In this document: positions 49,946 to 59,533 of the stretch, piece by piece
How the letters are laid out: the number at the start of each line of letters is the position of its first letter
Position numbering within the stretch: the first letter of the stretch is position 1
Origin: an uncultured Poribacteria bacterium
Lineage (GTDB): Bacteria; Poribacteria; WGA-4E; WGA-3G
NCBI GenBank assembly: GCA_951813565.1
Contig: OX638351.1
Span: forward strand, 1,888,001-1,952,000
Direction of reading: 5' to 3'
Length of the DNA: 64,000 nt
Translations under genes and position numbers: made by a program
The notes under the pieces: model-generated
Seen by the model: only the letters and a program-made list of their open reading frames with translations
Databases searched by the model: none
Told to the model about the DNA's origin: nothing

Positions 49946-51988
49946 ATGCACTACACATCACAACAAAATGATTGGTTAGTTCAACCCTATAGCCAACCCG
50001 CTTCAGTCCAAGAAACGGACAATCAGATTATTCTCGGTAATGGACTCATTCAACGAAGATTCGTCACCGCACCGAATTTCGCAACGGTTGCTTATACAAA
50101 TCAAATTACCGAGAGCAGTCTTCTGCGTGGCATCAAACCAGAAGCGGTGCTTACGATTGACGAACACGAATTTGAGGTAGGTGGCTTAAAGGGGCAGCCA
50201 GACTACGCCTACCTTGATGATGATTGGATTGCAGACTTGACCAGTGACGAGAACGCATTTCAGTTTCACGAATACCAAGTCGGTGAACCTGAAACCCGCT
50301 ATCCGTGGGTACGCAGGCGTACTGCAACATCATCAGTATATCCGCCAGAGGGTGCGACACTGACAGTTGCGTTTTCACCGCCGCCCTCCCTTGACTCCCT
50401 GCAGGTTTGTGTGCATTATGAACTATATCAAGGTATTCCAGTACTGTCCAAATGGATCACTATTCGCAATGAGGGGCAAAAACCTATTCAGATTGATGCC
50501 TTAAGCTGTGAAATCCTTGCTGTCAACGAGCAGGAGAAGCATCGGCTACATGTCGAGAGCGATTATGCATTTAGCAGAATGGAAACGACACAGTGGGGAC
50601 CAGATGCGGATTACCTGACGCAAGTAGATTATCGCTATCAGATGCCGCTGTTGATGACAAGCCACTATCCGCTCGGTCCGGGTGTGCTACTTCAACCGGG
50701 AGAGACTTTCACAAGTTTTCGCACCTTCGAGATTCTGCATGATAGTGATGATCGTGAACGTAAAGGACTTGCACGCCGCAAGATGTTTCGCACGGTTGCA
50801 CCGCAGGTCACGGAGAATCCTATCCTCATGCACGTTCGGAGTGCTGAGCCAGACGCGGTCCGTTTAGCGATTGATCAGTGCGCCGAAGTCGGATTTGAAA
50901 TGGTGATTATGACCTTTGGAAGTGGATACAATATTGAGAGCGAAGACCCGGAATATATCGCTACGATGAAGGGATTAGCAGATTATGCACATAGTAAAGG
51001 CATTCAACTCGGTGGCTATACGTTGATGTGTGCTTCGCGGGGAGTAGGTGAGGATTACAACTGTATTGACCCAGAAACCGGGCAACCCGGAAGTAGGTTT
51101 GGGCAGAGTGCTTGTCTTGCGAGCAGTTGGGGAGATGGGTATGTCCAACGAGTGTTGAATTTTATGGATGCAACGGGTATGGATATCATTGAGACTGATG
51201 GACCTTATCACGGTGATGTATGTGCTTCAACGAAGCACGAACACCATAACGGCTTAGCGGATTCGCAGTTGCGGCAGTGGGAAGCGTGTGTCCATTTTTA
51301 CCACGAATGCCGAAAACGCGGTATCTATATCAATTCGCCAGATAATTATTACCTCAACGGTTCAAACAAATGCGGTATGGGCTATCGCGAAACGAATTTT
51401 AGCTTGCCCCGCGAGCGACAAATTCTAATTGCCCGTCAGAATATCTACGATGCAACTTACGAAAAGACACCGAGTATGGGTTGGATGTTCGTCCCGTTAG
51501 TGGAGTATCACGGTGGTGGACAAGCCGCGACATTTGAGCCACTTTGCGAACACCTTGATGACTACGAAGCCCACCTTGCCCAGAACTTCGGCAGTGGTGT
51601 GATTGCGTGCTATCGCGGTCCCCGGCTTTTTGATACTGAACAGACAAAAACTGTCGTTAAGAAATGGGTTGGCTTTTTCAAAAAGTATCGTCCAATATTG
51701 GAGTCTGACCTGATTCATGTGCGTCGTCCGGATGGAGGCTCTATTGATTGTGTGCTACACGTTAACCCGCAAATTACCCCCTGTGGACTCGCGATGCTCT
51801 ATAATCCCACGCGGACGGAACAACAGATCACTTTGAAATTACCAGTCTATTATACTGGATTGTCTGAAACTGCCAAGATTCGTGAAAAAGAAAGAGAACT
51901 CAAACATTACAAAATAGACCGAAACTACAACATTGAGATTCCAATTGAGATGGAGGCAAAAAGTATTAGCTATCTCGTTATTGAGTAA
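49946..51988 (+). CDS. Putative alpha-galactosidase (glycoside hydrolase, GH36-like)
   Basis: AIDQCAEVGFEMVI.TFGSG, ETDGPYHGD, GMGYRETNFSLPR, MGWMFVPL motifs recalled from proteins so annotated. Confidence 0.65.
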   Translation: MHYTSQQNDWLVQPYSQPASVQETDNQIILGNGLIQRRFVTAPNFATVAYTNQITESSLLRGIKPEAVLTIDEHEFEVGGLKGQPDYAYLDDDWIADLTSDENAFQFHEYQVGEPETRYPWVRRRTATSSVYPPEGATLTVAFSPPPSLDSLQVCVHYELYQGIPVLSKWITIRNEGQKPIQIDALSCEILAVNEQEKHRLHVESDYAFSRMETTQWGPDADYLTQVDYRYQMPLLMTSHYPLGPGVLLQPGETFTSFRTFEILHDSDDRERKGLARRKMFRTVAPQVTENPILMHVRSAEPDAVRLAIDQCAEVGFEMVIMTFGSGYNIESEDPEYIATMKGLADYAHSKGIQLGGYTLMCASRGVGEDYNCIDPETGQPGSRFGQSACLASSWGDGYVQRVLNFMDATGMDIIETDGPYHGDVCASTKHEHHNGLADSQLRQWEACVHFYHECRKRGIYINSPDNYYLNGSNKCGMGYRETNFSLPRERQILIARQNIYDATYEKTPSMGWMFVPLVEYHGGGQAATFEPLCEHLDDYEAHLAQNFGSGVIACYRGPRLFDTEQTKTVVKKWVGFFKKYRPILESDLIHVRRPDGGSIDCVLHVNPQITPCGLAMLYNPTRTEQQITLKLPVYYTGLSETAKIREKERELKHYKIDRNYNIEIPIEMEAKSISYLVIE

Positions 51989-51994
51989 AAGAAT

Positions 51995-52867
51995 ATGAGC
52001 ATACTTGTCCACAAAAATACAAAAGTAATAGTTCAAGGAATCACAGGACGTTCTGGGCGTTTTCACACAGAACAGTGTGCCGATTACGGCACGCAAATTG
52101 TTGCTGGTGCAGTTCCCGGTAGAGGTGGAACTGATGTGAACGGCATCCCTGTGTTTGACACCGTAGCAGAAGGCGTTGCTGAGACAAGCGCAGATACCTC
52201 TCTGATTTTCGTTCCTGCGCGCTTTAACGCCGCCGACTCTATCATGGAAGCCGCTGATGCCGGTATTGAACTGATCATCTGTATCTCGGAACATATCCCT
52301 GTGCTTGATATGGTAAAGGCAAAAGCGTTCCTTCATGGCAAACAGACACGGTTAATCGGTCCGAACTGTCCCGGCATCATCACACCCAGCGAATGTAAAA
52401 TCGGTGTGATGCCCGCGTTTGCTTATTCCCCCGGTAACGTCGGTATTGTTTCACGAAGTGGCACATTAACTTATGAAGCTGCGTATCAATTGAAACAACT
52501 CGGTATCGGGCAATCTACCTGTGTCGGTATCGGTGGCGATCCTGTGATTGGGACAAACTTCGTTGATGTTCTCAAGCTTTTTGAGGAGGACGATGGGACG
52601 CATGCCGTTGTTTTAATCGGGGAAATCGGTGGCACAGCTGAGGAAAAAGCAGCGCAATTCGTCAAGAACGAAATGACAAAACCTGTGGTCGGTTTTATCG
52701 CTGGACAGACTGCCCCACCGGGCAAACGGATGGGACATGCAGGTGCAATCATCTCAGGTGGACAAGGCACCGCTGCAGATAAAATTGCATCACTCAAAGA
52801 TGCCGGAATCGCTGTTGCAGACGACCTCACTACCATCGGAGAAACCGTTGCGGAGGTCTTGGCTTGA
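51995..52867 (+). CDS. sucD: Succinyl-CoA synthetase alpha subunit
   Basis: [34 protein letters not shown]. Confidence 0.97.
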   Translation: MSILVHKNTKVIVQGITGRSGRFHTEQCADYGTQIVAGAVPGRGGTDVNGIPVFDTVAEGVAETSADTSLIFVPARFNAADSIMEAADAGIELIICISEHIPVLDMVKAKAFLHGKQTRLIGPNCPGIITPSECKIGVMPAFAYSPGNVGIVSRSGTLTYEAAYQLKQLGIGQSTCVGIGGDPVIGTNFVDVLKLFEEDDGTHAVVLIGEIGGTAEEKAAQFVKNEMTKPVVGFIAGQTAPPGKRMGHAGAIISGGQGTAADKIASLKDAGIAVADDLTTIGETVAEVLA

Positions 52868-52887
52868 TACCTGGGAGGTGGAACATA

Positions 52888-53505
52888 ATGGCATTTAGTG
52901 ATTTTAAAGCGATCCCCGAAGTCCAAGAAAAGTTTGGAATCAGACACATTGAAAATGATTTTATAGTGGTTGAGGAAACGGCGGGTGCCCCTTCAGCACA
53001 ATTTCAAGAGGAATTAGAATTTAGTCGACAACACATTGATGTTTTCGTTTCCGAGGGGGCTCGATGTGAAGCGATTATCTTCCCTATTTTACGGGAAGTC
53101 TACAAAGGTTATGCTGAAAACTACGCCCTCTGGATAAAAAAACCGATCACTTATGATGAGATTTTGAGCGGCACGCCAGATTACTTTATCTCAACACGAT
53201 CCGAGTTGGGTATGCTCGTTGTCGGGATACCTCTAATAATGCTGGTAGAGGCGAAGAAGAACGATTTTGAACAAGGATGGGGGCAATGTCTTGCTGAATT
53301 GGTAGCAGCACAAAAAATAAATGCCGATTTGGATGTCCCTGTCTATGGAATTGTGAGCGATGGAACTTGGTGGCAATTTGGGTGCCTTCTCGGCGATGCT
53401 TTCACTCGAAATAGAACAAGTTTTAGCGTGGATGATTTGTCTACACTCTTTCGCGCGATTCATGCTATCTTCAAAGCAGCAAGCGAGACACCTAAGCAAT
53501 CCTGA
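52888..53505 (+). CDS. Hypothetical PD-(D/E)XK-like protein
   Basis: SGTPDY..LVEAKK..QGWGQCLAELVAAQ..YGIVSDG..WQFG. Confidence 0.65.
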   Translation: MAFSDFKAIPEVQEKFGIRHIENDFIVVEETAGAPSAQFQEELEFSRQHIDVFVSEGARCEAIIFPILREVYKGYAENYALWIKKPITYDEILSGTPDYFISTRSELGMLVVGIPLIMLVEAKKNDFEQGWGQCLAELVAAQKINADLDVPVYGIVSDGTWWQFGCLLGDAFTRNRTSFSVDDLSTLFRAIHAIFKAASETPKQS

Positions 53506-53512
53506 TGCCTTT

Positions 53513-53646
53513 TATAGTAAATTATGTAAATAAATTCACATATATTCTGTAGGAGCGATCTCCGAATCGCGACGAAACCACTAATAGTCGGGAATCGGAG
53601 TTCCCTCGGACAGCTCAGATGTCCAGTTAATTGTAGACTCCGCTAT
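53513..53646. mobile_element. Degenerate TATAGT-family MITE with REP-like interior
   Basis: TATAGTAAATT...CCGCTATA ends; internal GTAGGAGCGATCTCCGAATCGC. Confidence 0.45.
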
Positions 53647-53738
53647 AACAGCAGAACATCAGAAACTCGCGGAGACAAGACTTAGCGTGCATAGCACGTT
53701 CTACAGTGTGTGCAGATTACTTAGTTGGGAGCCTTTTT

Positions 53739-54569
53739 GTGAAGAAAAACATCGGTTTCTTGCACTCGAAAAAATATAAACATGAACTCATTACCGTGCT
53801 CACCTGCTACGATTACCCCACCGCTTGCATGCAGGACGAAGCAGGTATTGATATCGTGTTTGTCGGGGATAGCGTCGGCACGAATATCCTCGGCTATAAA
53901 AGCGAAATGGAGGTGACGATGGCTGATATGCTGCATCACCTCAAGGCGGTGCACCGCGGTGTGACAAATGCTTACCTGCTCATTGACATGCCTTACGCCG
54001 CTGACCGCAACGCGAAGCAAGCTGTTGCCAATGCAAACCTCTTTTTAGATAGTGGTGCTGATGGTGTTAAATTGGAAGGTGGGACTGAAAAAATCCCTAT
54101 TGTTACTGCACTTGCCGAGCAAGGAATAGAGGTCTGTGCACACATCGGACACAACCCACAAATCCATGGCACGAAGGCGGCAACGCACGGAAAAACGGTT
54201 AGCAAAGCAAAAGAACTCGTTCAAACTGCAGTGGCACTTGCAGGTGCTGGTGCAAAACTTATCGTGCTTGAAAAAATCACTGAAGAGGTAAGCCAAATCA
54301 TCACGGGGACGCTTGATATTCCCACCATCGGCATTGGGGCGGGCAGATACTGTGACGGGCAAGTGCTTGTTATCAACGATGTTTTAGGGATGGGCACCCT
54401 CTTCAAACACGCCAAACGCTATCAGGATTACGATCATCTCACCTTTGAAGCAATATCGCAATATATATACGACGTAGAAAACGGAGATTTTCCAAGAGAT
54501 GAAAATGTCTCTCACATCGCCCCTGACAAGTTAGCGCGGGTTCAGAAGTGGCTGGAATCAGAAAGGTGA
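53739..54569 (+). CDS. panB: 3-methyl-2-oxobutanoate hydroxymethyltransferase
   Basis: LTCYD, FVGDS, IDMP, VKLEGG, PTIGIGAG..CDGQVLV. Confidence 0.93.
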   Translation: MKKNIGFLHSKKYKHELITVLTCYDYPTACMQDEAGIDIVFVGDSVGTNILGYKSEMEVTMADMLHHLKAVHRGVTNAYLLIDMPYAADRNAKQAVANANLFLDSGADGVKLEGGTEKIPIVTALAEQGIEVCAHIGHNPQIHGTKAATHGKTVSKAKELVQTAVALAGAGAKLIVLEKITEEVSQIITGTLDIPTIGIGAGRYCDGQVLVINDVLGMGTLFKHAKRYQDYDHLTFEAISQYIYDVENGDFPRDENVSHIAPDKLARVQKWLESER

Positions 54570-54588
54570 TACACCTCTATTTGTTCTC

Positions 54589-57435
54589 CTACCAATCCGA
54601 ACCCTTGAGGGCTTCATCCCAATCCCACAAAAGAATTGTGCCATCTTGCCCCGTGCTGACGAGTGTCTTGCCATCAGGTGAGAATACCAGCGTCTCTACT
54701 GGTGCTGAATGCCCATCAAGTATAGTGAGTTTGTCCCCAGATTCAACATCCCATAACTCAATTCCACCGTTTCTAAGACCAGCAATAAGCAAAGAACTAT
54801 CTGGTGAAAATACTAATGATTTGGCACCATTGGAAACTTCCTTAAGACATTCCATTTTATTAGTGCTCATTATGTGGATTCGTTTACGACTTGCCACGGC
54901 AAGCAAGGCACCATTTGAAGAAAATGATAAAGCTTCAATCTCAGAATTCTGTTCAGTAAACAAAGTTAACACAACTCCAGTTTCTACATTAGACATCTGA
55001 ACTTTTCCTTCCTTAGTTCCACTAACAAGTTTCTTACCGTCTGATGAAAATATCAAAACATCTACATCTATTTTCTTGTCTGAGAGAGGAATATCAAAGA
55101 AAGAGCCAATTTCCGTATTCCATATGCGAATTTTTTTAGTGAAACTTGCTCCGATCGCAACCTTTTTTCCATCAGGTGAAAAAGACATAACTGAAGGAAT
55201 GCCTTCACCTGGATTCTCCAAACGTATCAACTCGCGCCCTGTGCGGGTACCAATCAAACGAATTAGTCCATCTAACACTGACACCGTATGCATTGCGCCA
55301 AATCCTGGATCGAAAATTATATCACTATCTGCACCAATGCTGACAAGTTTCATTCCATCAGGTGAAAACGCTAAAGTCTGTAACGAATCCCGATGTCCTG
55401 TAATTTTGAGAGAACTTTTTTGAGACGTTTTTATATCCCAAAAGGTCATTATGCCATTAAGTGCAACACTCGCAAGCGTGGAACTGTCCTTAATGAAAGC
55501 CACTGCTTTAACCCACTCCGTATGTCCAGTGATGTGAGTTGGAAGAAGAGATCCAGTTTTTATATGCCAGAACTTAATAGTACCATCTGTACTCCCACTG
55601 ACGAGGGTGCCACCTTCTGGTGAAAAAGTTAAGGCAGCGATACCGTTAATATGTCCGGTGAGTGTCGCCAACAATTCTCCCGTGATAGTATTCCACAGTC
55701 GTACTGTCTTATCAGTGCTTCCGCTTGCGAGCATTCTTCCATCATGTGAAAATGCCAATGTAGTTATCCAATCTGTATGTTTCCGAAGGATAAACAGTCC
55801 ATGATTCTTAGAGGTATTCCATAATCGTACTGTTTTATCCTGACTCCCGCTTGCGAGCATCGTGCCATCAGGTGAAAATGCTAAGGCGAAAACGTGTTCT
55901 CCCGAATGTCCTTTGAGAGTAGATAATTTTTGCCTGATTGTCGTGTCCCATATCTCAATCTTCCCGTCTCTCATTCCAATTGCAAATAAATCTTGTGTAA
56001 GCGCGTATGGTTCCTTGCCGTACTTTTTCTTATGCTTCTTCCATCGTCCTTTAATCTTCTCTATATTCCTCTTCTTGGTCTCAATATCTAACCTGCCAAT
56101 TTCGTCGCCTGAGTTCCCCAAACTGATAAGCGTTTTGCCATCTTTAGAGAAACGTAATTCTGAAGCAGGATACAGCAAACCAGTGAGTGCAACTTTTCTA
56201 CCAGTCGCTACTTCCCACAACTGGAGTCTCTTCCCACGGAACCTACCACCTATCCCAAGCTTATCCCCTCCACTGGCAAGAAAACGTCCATCTGGGGAAA
56301 ATGCCAGGGATTGACACGCACCAGGGAACATGGATATTTCTTCGCCTGTTTTCGCATCGTAAAGCCACACACCGATATTACTACCTACCGCGAGTTGTGT
56401 GCCGTCAGGTGAAAACTGCATCGCATTAATTCCACCTTTCCCTAAACGCGCTTTCGCCTCTTTCGGTAATTCCCATTTTGTCCAATCTTCCGCTATTTCG
56501 TTAGTTTGCGCCTCTGCAATTGCTGCAGGAGCATCATTAGGTTGCTGTTCAGGGTTATCGCGTTTATCCAGTGCATCAACATTTCCGATTTGTGTCCGCA
56601 CATTTGGCTTAGATTCCAAGTTCGCGACTATTGGAGCGTCAACGATCTCAATCGACATCTCTGTGGTGGCATCTAAACTATAAGGTTGCTGAAAACGAGC
56701 TAAGTATTGATGGTTTCCAAAACCAAGCATCAACAACACCACTACCAACGTTGAAGCAGCAATTGCCCATGGCACTAACGGTTTACTGCCGACTGGTGTA
56801 GCGGGTTTGGTCCGCGAAATCTCTTGCATGATGTTTTCTGTCAGATTTGGAGTGATTTTGAAATTGTCTAAAGCCTCTCTTATCATCGTTTCCTCCTTCT
56901 GTAAACGCTGCTGTGCGCGGCGCAGACGACTCTTAACCGTATTTGCCGATACACCTAAAAACGCACCTATTTCTGTACACGACATCTCTCCGAAGTAATG
57001 CAAAGTCATGACAGTACGTTCACTTTCTCCCAGCTTCGCAAGTAGTTTTTTGACGACATCGCGTTGTGTTTCTACGGTGATCCGTTCGTTTTCCTCAAGC
57101 ACATGCTCAGAATAAGTCGCTTTTTCGGGTTGTGCAACGTCCTTGTCCTCCAACAAATGTTTACGCAAATGTTTCTTACGTAACCATGTGCTGCAGCGGT
57201 TTGTAGCAATCACATAAAGCCAACTTGCGAAACGCTGCGGTTTCTTAAGCTCGCCTAATTTCTGATACGCTTTCAGAAACGTATCCTGTGTAATCTCTTC
57301 GGCTGTGTGAAAATCTCCGATTTTCCGCCACACAAGCGCATGAACCTGTTTTTGATATTTTTCCACAAGTTCTGCAAAGGCGGTATCATCGCCATCAAGA
57401 GTCCGGTGGATTAATTGCACATCGTTGTTTTTCAT
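54589..57435 (-). CDS. ECF sigma-70 factor fused through a TM segment to WD40 repeats
   Basis: Region 2 AEEITQDTFLKAY..FASWLY, region 4 EIGAFLGVSANTVKSRLRRA, hydrophobic WAIAASTLVVVLLMLG, many FSPDG..LASGS.D..W repeats. Confidence 0.92.
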   Translation of the reverse strand: MKNNDVQLIHRTLDGDDTAFAELVEKYQKQVHALVWRKIGDFHTAEEITQDTFLKAYQKLGELKKPQRFASWLYVIATNRCSTWLRKKHLRKHLLEDKDVAQPEKATYSEHVLEENERITVETQRDVVKKLLAKLGESERTVMTLHYFGEMSCTEIGAFLGVSANTVKSRLRRAQQRLQKEETMIREALDNFKITPNLTENIMQEISRTKPATPVGSKPLVPWAIAASTLVVVLLMLGFGNHQYLARFQQPYSLDATTEMSIEIVDAPIVANLESKPNVRTQIGNVDALDKRDNPEQQPNDAPAAIAEAQTNEIAEDWTKWELPKEAKARLGKGGINAMQFSPDGTQLAVGSNIGVWLYDAKTGEEISMFPGACQSLAFSPDGRFLASGGDKLGIGGRFRGKRLQLWEVATGRKVALTGLLYPASELRFSKDGKTLISLGNSGDEIGRLDIETKKRNIEKIKGRWKKHKKKYGKEPYALTQDLFAIGMRDGKIEIWDTTIRQKLSTLKGHSGEHVFALAFSPDGTMLASGSQDKTVRLWNTSKNHGLFILRKHTDWITTLAFSHDGRMLASGSTDKTVRLWNTITGELLATLTGHINGIAALTFSPEGGTLVSGSTDGTIKFWHIKTGSLLPTHITGHTEWVKAVAFIKDSSTLASVALNGIMTFWDIKTSQKSSLKITGHRDSLQTLAFSPDGMKLVSIGADSDIIFDPGFGAMHTVSVLDGLIRLIGTRTGRELIRLENPGEGIPSVMSFSPDGKKVAIGASFTKKIRIWNTEIGSFFDIPLSDKKIDVDVLIFSSDGKKLVSGTKEGKVQMSNVETGVVLTLFTEQNSEIEALSFSSNGALLAVASRKRIHIMSTNKMECLKEVSNGAKSLVFSPDSSLLIAGLRNGGIELWDVESGDKLTILDGHSAPVETLVFSPDGKTLVSTGQDGTILLWDWDEALKGSDW

Positions 57436-57532
57436 GGATCACCTCCGATTTCACCCTATAGTGACGTCACGAAACGGTGAAACGGGTGCATAATTCTGCA
57501 AATATAGGAGTGTGTTTAGATAAGAGGGTTCT

Positions 57533-57565
57533 GTAGGTTGGGTTTCGTTCCTTAACCCAACCTAC
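57533..57565. repeat. GTAG-type REP palindrome overlapping a stop codon
   Basis: GTAGGTTGGGTT..AACCCAACCTAC; includes the minus-strand TAG at 57562-57564. Confidence 0.7.
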
Positions 57566-58332
57566 GCATTAACAGGTACTACGTCAGCATACACATAAGT
57601 CGGAGGATTAGGACTGCTGGAATGAATTTTGTCATCTTCGTCTTTGGCTGCAGAAACAATATCTCTCTGCACTATTCTGCCCGGTTTCGCAGCAATAGGT
57701 GAACTAAACATCGGTCCATCAACTACGCAGGTATGGAATTCCCCGTTTTCACCGAGCGGGTCCACCTCATCTGGTAAGTCTGCAAGGAGTTCGGTATCAA
57801 ACCACCTTCCTGCAAACTCTGCGGGGACTTTGGTAGGATTGAGGGCAGTGATAATCGCGCGCATGCCAGAAGTAACCATCTTTTGCGCGAGTAATGTTGT
57901 ATCCTCACCCCATACCGGAAAAATCGGTGTGAAGCCGGTACCGCTAAGTTTCTCCTCTCGGTATGCACGGATGTCTTCAAGGAACAGATCTCCGAATGCG
58001 AAATGCGAAGCGGTCAAATGCTTTGGTAATGCTTCTACTTCTGCAAGAAACTTTCGCATCGCCGCTTCGTATATTTCGTTTGAGCAAGGATAGGGAATCG
58101 GTATCTCGTATAACGGCACGCCGAGTCTTTCTGCTTGCTGTTTCAAAACCCACGCAGGTGTAGAGTGAATAGAAACACGGTCAAATGTCTTTGTGACAGT
58201 GGTAAAGACTCCACGCACATCGTATCGTTCTGGCTGTTGACGCAAAGTGTGAAGTGCCCACGCAGAATCTTTCCCTGAGGACCAGGAGACCAGAACTGGC
58301 ATGGGCGACTTGTCTTTTATTTCATTTGTCAT
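57562..58332 (-). CDS. Adenine nucleotide alpha-hydrolase / diphthamide synthase-like PP-loop protein
   Basis: SWSSGKDS, FGDLFLED, DPLGENGEFHT.V.DGP. Confidence 0.85.
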   Translation of the reverse strand: MTNEIKDKSPMPVLVSWSSGKDSAWALHTLRQQPERYDVRGVFTTVTKTFDRVSIHSTPAWVLKQQAERLGVPLYEIPIPYPCSNEIYEAAMRKFLAEVEALPKHLTASHFAFGDLFLEDIRAYREEKLSGTGFTPIFPVWGEDTTLLAQKMVTSGMRAIITALNPTKVPAEFAGRWFDTELLADLPDEVDPLGENGEFHTCVVDGPMFSSPIAAKPGRIVQRDIVSAAKDEDDKIHSSSPNPPTYVYADVVPVNA

Positions 58333-58368
58333 GATTGAGATTTTTTCTCCAATTCGCATCTATAATTG

Positions 58369-58781
58369 GTAGGTTGGGCAGAGCGAAACCCAAATCAACG
58401 CTATGAATGCGCTTGTGGCATTCAGCCAAATCAACGCAGCGTGCGCGTGGCACGCTGCGGGTGTCAATTTAAGCATGAATCCCTGTTCACATCGTAGGGC
58501 CAAATCAACGCCAAATGCGCTTTTTGGCATTTGTCGGGTCCCTGTGCCCCGCCATGTGTCTGGATTATGTTAAGCAACGGGCGGGCACAGGGACCCGCCC
58601 CTACAAGAGGTGGCCATTTGGAGGAAATCGCGCTTACAAAGCGCTCCCACAAGAGAAATTCAGCAAATTTTTCTTAAGTTGACAGTTAATAGGCAGAACC
58701 CAACAAATTTCAAAAGAGGCGCAATGAATTGCGCGACTACAAACGCGGTACTTCCCAAGATGCACTTGTAAGCGCGCCTAC
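58369..58781. repeat. Composite cluster of REPs, AATCAA mini-hairpins and a MITE (TIR TGTCAAYTTAAG, 58462-58684)
   Basis: Three CAAATCAACGC units, an inverted REP pair and a GAGGCGCAATGAATTGCGC copy. Confidence 0.8.
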
Positions 58782-58798
58782 CAGCGAGAGCATGTATT

Positions 58799-59362
58799 TT
58801 ACAGAGCCAAAAAGTTGCCTAACAAACTCTTTCCAGCAGCTGTCAAAATAGATTCCGGATGAAACTGTACACCCCATACAGGTAAAGTCTTATGTCGAAG
58901 CCCCATGATTTCATCCTGATCTGTCCATGCCGTGATTTCAAGGCAATCTGGCAGTGTTTCTTTTTTTACAATCAGCGAATGGTAGCGCGTCGCTTCAAAT
59001 GGATTATCCAAACCCTCAAAAAGTTCAGCACCATTGTGCAGTATCATTGAGGTTTTACCATGCATCAACCGATCCGCACGGACAACCTCACCACCAAACA
59101 CGTCCCCAATACACTGATGCCCAAGACAGACGCCTAATATCGGCACTTTTCCTGCGAAATGTTCTATCGCATCGTTGGATATGCCTGCTTCTCGCGGTGT
59201 GCAAGGACCGGGTGAAATGACAATCCGCTCCGGTTCCAGCATGTCTAATTCCTCTACCCCTATTTTCCGACTGCGATGCACTTCCAATTCCGCACCGAGT
59301 TCACCAAAATATTGCACAAGATTGTAAGTAAATGAGTCGTAATTGTCAATCATCAAAACCAT
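58799..59362 (-). CDS. trpG: Anthranilate synthase component II (glutamine amidotransferase)
   Basis: [34 protein letters not shown]. Confidence 0.92.
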   Translation of the reverse strand: MVLMIDNYDSFTYNLVQYFGELGAELEVHRSRKIGVEELDMLEPERIVISPGPCTPREAGISNDAIEHFAGKVPILGVCLGHQCIGDVFGGEVVRADRLMHGKTSMILHNGAELFEGLDNPFEATRYHSLIVKKETLPDCLEITAWTDQDEIMGLRHKTLPVWGVQFHPESILTAAGKSLLGNFLAL

Positions 59363-59533
59363 CTTTTGCCTCCTATAATAGCAGAACTTGTTGCCACCTA
59401 TGTAGCACAACTTTAGTTTGTGCATATTAGGACGCAAACTGAAAGTTTGCGCTACGATATTTCACGAATAATGAACTGTTCTCTATTAAAAATGGCGTCT
59501 GTGCGTCTAAAATCTTATAGATAGCAACTTAGG

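Noticed and set aside
58369..58781. Possible CRISPR array (repeated CAAATCAACGC)
   Set aside because: Only three short units, irregular spacing, the intervening sequences are self-complementary hairpins, and no cas genes are present
59363..59437. N-terminal extension of TrpG in the ORF track
   Set aside because: Runs through a repeat element; a GGAGG RBS supports the start at 59362
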